From: a virus
Strand: one strand, 5' to 3'
Length of the DNA stretch: 64,000 nt
IMG/VR virus record: IMGVR_UViG_3300032070_000632
Location: 1-64,000 of that record
Shown here piece after piece: positions 57,176 through 64,000 of this stretch. The translations under genes and the position numbers were made by a program. Numbering within the stretch: the stretch's first letter is position 1; every line of letters starts with the position of its first letter. The notes beneath the pieces were generated by a model, which saw only the letters and a program-made list of their open reading frames with translations, was not told the origin of the DNA and made no database searches.

Positions 57176-57979
57176 ATGCCAAGCGAAACTGTTAAACAGT
57201 CAGTGGGAATAATCGGTATGGGTGTATTAGGCCGTGCGATTAAGAATTATTATAAAAATGCTCTCGTATTTGACATCAATCCGGAAATCGATTCCAATGA
57301 TTTTAATTTGGTCGCCCAACGAGACTGGGTTTTTGTTTGCGTCCCCACTCCATCAACCGCAGATGGAAAAATTGATTTATCGGCGATAGAGGAAACGATA
57401 GAAAGATTGAGCAAGACGGCTATTTATGAAAAAACTAAAATAGTCATTAAATCAACCGTCGTTCCTGGCACCGCCCAACGATTGCAGGACCAGTATCCGC
57501 ATTTACAGATTATTTCCTGTCCGGAATTTTTAACGGAGAACACGGCTTGTGAAGATTTTGCTTATCCGGACAAAAATATAATCGGTACTACCAGGCAATA
57601 CCCGCGGCTCGGAGCAGACCTGGCCAGAATATTGCCGGTGGCACCGGTTTTAATTATGACTTCAACGGAAGCGGAAATGGTTAAGTATGCCATTAATTCT
57701 TATTACGCCATGAAAGTTATTTTTGCGAATGAATTGTATGATTTATGCGAGGCATTGGATGCAAATTATAATGCCGTGCATCGAGGATTGGTGGCTGATA
57801 AGAGAATTAATGATTCTCATTTTTCTATCTTTCACGGCACGCATCGTGGTTTCGGCGGAAAATGTTTAACAAAAGATACTATGGCTATTGTTGAAAAGGG
57901 CAAAGAGCTTGGAATTGATATGGGTCTGTTAAAACAGGTTTTAGAATTAAATAAAAAATTTATTAAGATAACTTTTTAA
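57176..57979 (+). CDS. UDP-glucose/GDP-mannose dehydrogenase family, short form
   Basis: GIIGMGVLG, VCVPTP, KSTVVPGT, PEFL, KYAIN, GFGGKCLTKD. Confidence 0.92.
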   Translation: MPSETVKQSVGIIGMGVLGRAIKNYYKNALVFDINPEIDSNDFNLVAQRDWVFVCVPTPSTADGKIDLSAIEETIERLSKTAIYEKTKIVIKSTVVPGTAQRLQDQYPHLQIISCPEFLTENTACEDFAYPDKNIIGTTRQYPRLGADLARILPVAPVLIMTSTEAEMVKYAINSYYAMKVIFANELYDLCEALDANYNAVHRGLVADKRINDSHFSIFHGTHRGFGGKCLTKDTMAIVEKGKELGIDMGLLKQVLELNKKFIKITF

Positions 57980-57995
57980 ATATTAATAAAAATAT

Positions 57996-58238
57996 ATGGG
58001 AATACCATCGATTAAAATAGTGGAGAGTGAAGAAAATGAGAAAGAAAAAATACTTTCTCATGGCAACATTCACTCTATCAGAAAAGATATTGACGGAATA
58101 ATCAAGAGAGTGAAAGAAATACAATTATCAACTCCCGATTCACGCCAGAATGACCTTGCTTATCAGCGGACGATAGAACACGCCATTGTCGGGCTGATTG
58201 AAGCTAAAATGTGGCTCGGCGAATATATAGTGTTATGA
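57996..58238 (+). CDS. Small helical protein, Acb2/Tad1-like
   Basis: RTIEHAIVGLIEAKMWLG. Confidence 0.5.
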   Translation: MGIPSIKIVESEENEKEKILSHGNIHSIRKDIDGIIKRVKEIQLSTPDSRQNDLAYQRTIEHAIVGLIEAKMWLGEYIVL

Positions 58239-58909
58239 TTGAAGTATGCTTCTGCGTTTATAAAAGATGGCAGCGTGTGCCGGATATTTTGCAAAATTTA
58301 TTAAACCAAACAAATCAAGATTTTAAAGTTAATATTTGGAATAACAGCGGTCAGAATCTGGATGTCAGCAAATTTCCCGCCGGTCGGATTCAAGTGATTG
58401 ATTTGGGATGCAATCTTGGTTCGGCCGCCAGATTTAAAATAGTGCCACGGACAATGGGAAATCCAATAATATTTTTTGATGATGATGAAATTTTAGATAA
58501 TGATTTTGTTGATTATTATTGGAAACAATATCAGAAATTCGGACCAGATTATATTTTAGGATGGTTCACGAGAATTTTTAACCAAGAACATTATTGGCAC
58601 TCAATTCCTTATTCTATTTATGGCACGGAGGTTGATTATGTCGGTACTGGCGGAATGATATTAGACCGGAAAATTTTTGACCAGGAACAGTCTTTAGCGG
58701 ATATACCGGAAGAGTTTAGCCGAGTCGAAGATTTGTATTTAGGTTATATTGCCAGAATGAAATATGGCATGAAATTATCGGCGATTGAGAAAAAATGTTC
58801 TATTATGGTAGATGTCCATGACCAATTCCGGTCGTTGACTGATTATAAACAAAAAACCTTTTTATTCATGCGACAGAAAGGGTGGAAAATTTTAAAAGAT
58901 AAAATATGA
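58235..58909 (+). CDS. GT-A glycosyltransferase
   Basis: IWNN, NLGSAARF, FFDDD, DYVGTGG, EDL. Confidence 0.8.
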   Translation: MIEVCFCVYKRWQRVPDILQNLLNQTNQDFKVNIWNNSGQNLDVSKFPAGRIQVIDLGCNLGSAARFKIVPRTMGNPIIFFDDDEILDNDFVDYYWKQYQKFGPDYILGWFTRIFNQEHYWHSIPYSIYGTEVDYVGTGGMILDRKIFDQEQSLADIPEEFSRVEDLYLGYIARMKYGMKLSAIEKKCSIMVDVHDQFRSLTDYKQKTFLFMRQKGWKILKDKI

Positions 58910-59493
58910 ATATTGAAAAAGAAAAAGAATATTGGAATAAAAGATACGCCAGCAATAAAACCAGTGGTGGCGGTTCATATGGAGAAGAGGCTGAATTTAA
59001 GTTAAAATCAATTAATGAATTTATTATCGATAAAGAAAAAATAAGAACAATAGTTGATGTTGGTTGCGGGGACTTCAATATTGGTTCGCAATTCATTAAA
59101 TTTTTTCCCAACGCCAAATATTTAGGATTGGATGTTTCTAACGAGATAATCAAAAGACATCAAAAAAAATACATATCAGATAATTTACGGTTTGACGTAA
59201 TTAACGAAAATAGAGGATTGATTTTCTTCTGTCCGGATATTCTTATTTGTTTTGATATGTTGTTTCATGTGATGGATGACGAAACTTATAATAATATTTT
59301 AGAAAATTTAAAAAAATCATGGAGAAACTATCTTTTAATTGCTACCTATAACGATACCAGATTGGATATGCCGTATGATTTGAATTATATAAAAAAGAGA
59401 AAATTTGACCCTAAATTTTTTGCTGAGGAATGGAAAGAAATTTTAATCCCTTTCTACGATGGAAATAAATCATTATATTTTTTCACTAAATAA
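58906..59493 (+). CDS. Class I SAM methyltransferase
   Basis: YW..RY..SGGGS, VDVGCGD, YLGLDVS, DMLFH. Confidence 0.85.
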   Translation: MNIEKEKEYWNKRYASNKTSGGGSYGEEAEFKLKSINEFIIDKEKIRTIVDVGCGDFNIGSQFIKFFPNAKYLGLDVSNEIIKRHQKKYISDNLRFDVINENRGLIFFCPDILICFDMLFHVMDDETYNNILENLKKSWRNYLLIATYNDTRLDMPYDLNYIKKRKFDPKFFAEEWKEILIPFYDGNKSLYFFTK

Positions 59494-59496
59494 TTT

Positions 59497-60090
59497 ATGC
59501 CCATAGCCAGACCAGATGTGATACCGTTCGTTTGCGAATGGTTTAGCCAAAAAAGCATTAAAGAAATAAAAAGCGTTTTGGATGTGGGGAGCGGTTTTGG
59601 CTTGTGGGGATTTTTAGCCAGGCAATATATTCAGATTTGGCAGCCAGGAATAAAAGAAGATGACTACATAAATTTTAAAAATAAGATGAGAGTTGATGCG
59701 ATTGAGATAGTTGATTTTTACGTTACCGACATCCAGCGTCAAATTTACAATAACATTTATTGTGCCGACATGCGGATAAACTTGCCATCGTTAAGCTGGT
59801 ATGACCTTATAATCTGCGGCGATATTTTAGAACATATCAATTTTACTGACGGACTAAAACTTTTAGAGGAAATGAGAAGGCGGTCAAGATGGGTAATAAT
59901 AACTATGCCTGATTATTTTGCCAGAGGAAATGAGATAATGGGGCAGATAAGCGATTTGCACGAATATGTCTGGAAAGACAATGATTTCCCCGACCGGCCA
60001 GTTGTTACCCATATTAACAAACAAAAAGTAATTATTTACGAAGATTCTAATTATGCCGACAAAAGAAAACTCTTTGAAAAATCTCGTTGA
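59497..60090 (+). CDS. Class I SAM methyltransferase
   Basis: VLDVGSGFG, DAIE, YDLIICGDILEH. Confidence 0.85.
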   Translation: MPIARPDVIPFVCEWFSQKSIKEIKSVLDVGSGFGLWGFLARQYIQIWQPGIKEDDYINFKNKMRVDAIEIVDFYVTDIQRQIYNNIYCADMRINLPSLSWYDLIICGDILEHINFTDGLKLLEEMRRRSRWVIITMPDYFARGNEIMGQISDLHEYVWKDNDFPDRPVVTHINKQKVIIYEDSNYADKRKLFEKSR

Positions 60091-60673
60091 TTTTAAAAAA
60101 GTAATGGACGAACTAAAGATATTTTTTTGGTTAGATTCCGGCACTTTACTCGGGGCTTATCGTGATAAAAATATTATTACCGGCGACGAGGATGACAGCG
60201 ATATTTGCATGTGGAAAGACAATGCGGTCCGCAGTCCTGAATTTCTAAAAAAATTAAGAGAAGCCGGATTTTCCATTCTGCATGATTGGCGGTTTGTCAA
60301 TGCCACTTCCGAAGGAATTGGCATTAAAAGGGATGGCAATAAGATTGATATTGTCATGATGCACCGCAAGAAAAACGAACATGGCGATGTGGCGTTTTAT
60401 TTGTCCAGAAATTTTAGCGGACAAATGGGTTCAATGCCCTATTATGCCTTTGTCTTCCCTGGAAAACTGTATGATGAATTTAATGAAATAGAATTAGGCG
60501 GAGTTAAATATAATTGTCCTAAAGATGTTGAGGGATATTTAGTGGCTCGCTACGGCCAAAATTGGAATATTCCAATTTTACGTGGACAGGGTTGGAATCC
60601 TATCGACCCGTCTAATAATCCTTGTCATCGCACTAACTGGAAATATGACGACCCAAAAGCAATGCTCTACTAG
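60053..60673 (+). CDS. LicD-family (fukutin-like) CDP-alcohol phosphotransferase
   Basis: FWLDSGTLLGAYRD...DEDDSD, KIDI, YLVARYG.NW.IP. Confidence 0.85.
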   Translation: MPTKENSLKNLVDFKKVMDELKIFFWLDSGTLLGAYRDKNIITGDEDDSDICMWKDNAVRSPEFLKKLREAGFSILHDWRFVNATSEGIGIKRDGNKIDIVMMHRKKNEHGDVAFYLSRNFSGQMGSMPYYAFVFPGKLYDEFNEIELGGVKYNCPKDVEGYLVARYGQNWNIPILRGQGWNPIDPSNNPCHRTNWKYDDPKAMLY

Positions 60674-61514
60674 GGTTGATTCCCTTTATGAGCTTTTACA
60701 AAAAAATAAATTTGTCAGAGTGCTTGAGGCCCATAATGGCTTGTCTGGTTTAATTGTGGAAAATTCAGACTTTGATGCCATTTGGGAGAGTTCATTGACT
60801 GATTCGGCTTCTAAGGGCTTGCCGGACATCGAACTGGTTAGTATGGATTCCAGGATGGAAACTATCAGGCAGATTATTGACGTGACCACCAAGCCGATTA
60901 TTGTTGATGGCGACACCGGCGGCCAGATTGACCATTTTCCGTATTGGGTAAATAAAATGGAGAAGGCTGGCGTATCAGCCGTGATTATTGAAGATAAAGC
61001 ATTTCCTAAAAGGAATAGTCTGGATGAAAGTGCCCAACATCAGTTAGAAGAAGTGGATATTTTTGCTAAAAAGATTGAAGCCGGAGTAAAAGCGAAGATG
61101 AACGATAAATTTATGATTATCGCCCGTTTGGAAAGTTTGATTGCCCAGCATTCAGTTTATGAAGCGTTAATCAGAGCCGAGGCATTTTTGAAAGCTGGCG
61201 TGGACGGGATTATGATTCATTCTAAAGAAAAAATTTCTGCCACGGAAGTTTTTGAGTTTGCAAGAAGATTTAAAATGATGTCAAAAAAACCATTGGTTTG
61301 CGTACCTACCACTTATAATGATATTTTTGAACAACAATTACAGGAGGCGGGATTTAATATAGTTATTCATGCCAACCACTTATTGCGGGCATCTTTTAAA
61401 GCAATGGAGAAAGCAGCGGAAAAAATTTCCGTCAATCACCGCAGTAAGGAATTGGATGATGATATTTCTTCGGTGAAAGAAATATTTAACATTGTCGGTT
61501 ATGATAAATTATAA
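60645..61514 (+). CDS. pepM: Phosphoenolpyruvate mutase
   Basis: Diagnostic EDKxxxxxNS loop (EDKAFPKRNS); EAHNGLSG, DGDTGG, ARLESLI, ANHLLRA. Confidence 0.95.
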   Translation: MTTQKQCSTRVDSLYELLQKNKFVRVLEAHNGLSGLIVENSDFDAIWESSLTDSASKGLPDIELVSMDSRMETIRQIIDVTTKPIIVDGDTGGQIDHFPYWVNKMEKAGVSAVIIEDKAFPKRNSLDESAQHQLEEVDIFAKKIEAGVKAKMNDKFMIIARLESLIAQHSVYEALIRAEAFLKAGVDGIMIHSKEKISATEVFEFARRFKMMSKKPLVCVPTTYNDIFEQQLQEAGFNIVIHANHLLRASFKAMEKAAEKISVNHRSKELDDDISSVKEIFNIVGYDKL

Positions 61515-62682
61515 AAAAATTATTGAGTGTTTAAAGGAAAATGAAATTAAATTTATTACTGGCGTTCCAGACAGTACGCTTAAGCACATAATCTGTGCTA
61601 TCGCCGACGATAAAGATTTTCAACACGTTCCAGCCACTAATGAAGGAGAGGCCGTGGCCTTGGCAGCCGGATATTTTTTTGCCACAGGAAAAGTTCCCAT
61701 GGTATATATGCAAAATGATGGATTATTTAATGCTGCTAATGCTTTAGCTTCGTTATGCAGTTTTAATGTTTATGACGTCCCGATGCTTTTAATGATTGGC
61801 AAACGTGGCATTGAAGGCGATGAGCCACAACATTTAATGGCAGGAGAAATGTTGGAAGATTTTTTAAAATTATTACATATCCCCTGTAATTATCAACATA
61901 TAGAAAATAATGAAAATATTGAAGATGAAATTTTGGAAGACCTTAGTTCAGCAATAATTTACGCTCGCCGAGAAATACGTCCGGCAGCCATTATTTTTCA
62001 AAAAGGAAGTATCTATGATTTAGAAGAAAAAAATAAAATTGGAACGACGGAACCATCAATGCGGGAGAAGTGCCTTGATATTTTATTGAACTATATCGGT
62101 ATAGGTATAGTTGTTTCCACTACTGGTTTAACTTCTCGTGAATTGTATGAATTGAGGAAAAAAAGAGGTGAAAAAACAGATGATATTTTAATGGTTGGTT
62201 CTATGGGATGTGCTTCGGCGATTGGTTTAGGCGTAGCACTTCAAGAAAATAACGATTATCAGCACGATAAGTCGAGTTACCGCAATGTTTATGTTCTGGA
62301 TGGTGATGGAGCGGCTTTAATGATGTTGGGAAATATGGCTACTATCGGTTATTATCTGCCGGAAAATTTAGTGCATATTATTTTTGACAATGGCGGTTAT
62401 GTCAGCACGGGCAAACAACAACGGATAGGTGATAGAATTAATTGGCAAATGCTCGCCCAGGGATTGGGATATTATACTTTTAAAGAGGTTGACGGCCGAA
62501 GCATGGCTGAAACTAAATGTTTCGGTAAATTGGGTGAAATATTGGATTTTCATAAAATGCCTATGCCGGCATTGATAGTGATTAAAATTGACCAGTCGGT
62601 CCGTGGTGATTTAGGCAGACCAAAAGATTTAAAGGAAATCAGAAAAAATTTTATGATTAAAATTTTTAACAAAGACATATGA
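61501..62682 (+). CDS. ppd: Phosphonopyruvate decarboxylase
   Basis: TGVPDS, NEGEAVALAAG, YMQN, DEPQH, STTG..SREL, VGSMGCA, DGDGA...N TPP motif; follows pepM. Confidence 0.93.
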   Translation: MINYKKIIECLKENEIKFITGVPDSTLKHIICAIADDKDFQHVPATNEGEAVALAAGYFFATGKVPMVYMQNDGLFNAANALASLCSFNVYDVPMLLMIGKRGIEGDEPQHLMAGEMLEDFLKLLHIPCNYQHIENNENIEDEILEDLSSAIIYARREIRPAAIIFQKGSIYDLEEKNKIGTTEPSMREKCLDILLNYIGIGIVVSTTGLTSRELYELRKKRGEKTDDILMVGSMGCASAIGLGVALQENNDYQHDKSSYRNVYVLDGDGAALMMLGNMATIGYYLPENLVHIIFDNGGYVSTGKQQRIGDRINWQMLAQGLGYYTFKEVDGRSMAETKCFGKLGEILDFHKMPMPALIVIKIDQSVRGDLGRPKDLKEIRKNFMIKIFNKDI

Positions 62683-63674
62683 TTCTATACGGAGATTTCA
62701 AAGAAAAAATTAAAAAAATAACAAAGAGAGAATTTGGCGTGGAAATGCTGGTTTTAACTAATGATGTTTTTAAAGAATTTATTTTGGAAAATCCTAATGG
62801 GTTGACAGTGCCTGCCAATCCGACTGATAAATTTTTAGATAAAGCCAGAAGTTTCGCCAGCGACCGATTTTATAAAGGACCATTCAAATTTATTGTTTCC
62901 ATCGGCGGCGGGTCGGTAATTGACGTGGGAAAAATATTATCAGTATTATTTGAAATTCCGCACATTGTCGTGCCTACCACCTGCGGAAGCGGAAGCGAAG
63001 CAACTTCCTATGCGGTGATAATAGAAAAAGAAAAAAAGGAAACAATAACTAATAAAGAGTTTTTGCCTAAATATGTGGTTTATGATGAATATTTTTTAAA
63101 AGAAATTGACCATAATAAAGAGGCAATAGCATTAATAGCTGGAGTATTTGATGTATTATGCCATTGCGTTGAATCTTATCTTTCGCCAAAATCAACTCCA
63201 GTAAGTGAAAAATATGTCCATAAGGCGATAAATTTATGGAAAAGATTTTCTTGGCAATGGTTGGATGGACAAAAAAAAGCATCATTGGAAATGTTTGAAG
63301 CGGCATTTTATGCCGGCAAAGCGATTGATATTACGCAGACTGGAATTTGCCATGCTGTTTCTTATCCACTAACAACAAAATATGGCATACCACATGGCTT
63401 GGCGGCCGCATCCATGCTGGCAACTTTAATTTTTTATATCGACCAATTAGATAAAAAAGCGGAAGAAAGATTCTATCAGTTATTTTCCAAAAAAGAAAGA
63501 TACGGATTGCTCGGGTTGATAAGTATTTACTGCAAAATGGAAGAAATGAAAAAACTTTTTAAAAAAATTGATATTGAATATGTTATGAAAGAGGCAAAAA
63601 AATCTTCCAGATTTAAGAATAGTATTTTAAAATTGCCACCTAAATTTATTTATTTTTTCAATTATGTTAAATAG
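62679..63674 (+). CDS. Fe-dependent alcohol dehydrogenase (phosphonoacetaldehyde reductase-like)
   Basis: IGGGSVIDVGK, PTTCGSGSEAT, D.LCH.VES, CHAVSYPLT..YGIPHG. Confidence 0.88.
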   Translation: MILYGDFKEKIKKITKREFGVEMLVLTNDVFKEFILENPNGLTVPANPTDKFLDKARSFASDRFYKGPFKFIVSIGGGSVIDVGKILSVLFEIPHIVVPTTCGSGSEATSYAVIIEKEKKETITNKEFLPKYVVYDEYFLKEIDHNKEAIALIAGVFDVLCHCVESYLSPKSTPVSEKYVHKAINLWKRFSWQWLDGQKKASLEMFEAAFYAGKAIDITQTGICHAVSYPLTTKYGIPHGLAAASMLATLIFYIDQLDKKAEERFYQLFSKKERYGLLGLISIYCKMEEMKKLFKKIDIEYVMKEAKKSSRFKNSILKLPPKFIYFFNYVK

Positions 63675-64000
63675 AATAGGTTATCTCCCAATGACGGCTG
63701 ATTTGTTGCATGTCGGGCACATTCACGCCATTTCTCAAAGTCTTGTTTTTTGCCGTCATTTAATAATTGGCTTATTAAACGACAAAGCGATTGAAGATTA
63801 TAAAGAAAAACCGCCAGTAATACCATTTAAAGAAAGAAAAGCGATGTTGGAATATGTTTTGCCGTTTTTTTCAAAACATACCGGTCAGACTACCCAAATT
63901 GTTGAACAAGATAATATTGATTTTACCGAAAATTTAAAAAAATATAAACCGGATTGCGTATTGAGCGGGGATGGCTGGCAAGAAGAAGAAAGAAAATCTG
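63664..64000 (+). CDS. Cytidylyltransferase (phosphonate-activating type), partial, not in the ORF track
   Basis: MLNRIGYLPMTADLLHVGHI...IGLLND.AI..YK...IPFKERK; open to the window edge. Confidence 0.85.
   Translation, partial: MLNRIGYLPMTADLLHVGHIHAISQSLVFCRHLIIGLLNDKAIEDYKEKPPVIPFKERKAMLEYVLPFFSKHTGQTTQIVEQDNIDFTENLKKYKPDCVLSGDGWQEEERKS

Larger units (their letters stand above)
3022..64000. mobile_element. Tailed phage/prophage with siphovirus-type morphogenesis; right end not reached
   Basis: Terminase, portal, protease, capsid, tail tube, tape measure, endolysin, helicase and RusA in canonical order; no integrase in the window. Confidence 0.92.

Noticed and set aside
60645-61514. Isocitrate or methylisocitrate lyase instead of PEP mutase
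   Set aside because: Has EDKxxxxxNS rather than KKCGH/KRCGH, and is followed by phosphonopyruvate decarboxylase.
1-64000. Alternative genetic code
   Set aside because: Conserved genes are full length under code 11 and end with TAA, TAG or TGA; the one fragmented region is explained by introns.

Overview
About 3 kb of bacterial DNA (XRE regulator, RadC/JAB, type III R-M mod, start of res) is joined in frame, near 3021, to about 61 kb of a long-tailed dsDNA phage or prophage. AT-rich start contexts without Shine-Dalgarno motifs suggest a Patescibacteria/CPR-like host (inference). Phage layout: (1) accessory genes, 3-15.8 kb: initiator-like tRNA-Met, peptide deformylase, HerA-like ATPase, HIT, ART-like, HD hydrolase, DEDDh exonuclease, CAP protein; (2) head module: terminase with three inteins, portal-MuF fusion, protease/scaffold, decoration protein, lambda-E-type capsid; (3) a decoration block, 27.5-36.8 kb: GT4, a 169-aa gene hidden by two group I introns, a 19-unit LRR array variable only at a few codons, a methyltransferase-GT2 fusion, an 899-aa repeat fibre; (4) a siphovirus-type tail with a -1 frameshifted chaperone, then an M23 endolysin; (5) a leftward replication module with a candidate origin; (6) a rightward operon running from an exonuclease and RusA into a glycan plus phosphonate pathway (nucleotide-sugar dehydrogenase, GT2, two methyltransferases, LicD, PEP mutase, phosphonopyruvate decarboxylase, Fe-ADH, cytidylyltransferase). 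The top candidate novel system is phage-encoded synthesis, CDP-activation and LicD transfer of a phosphonate onto glycans, possibly on the virion. All calls come from motif reading by eye; no searches were run.
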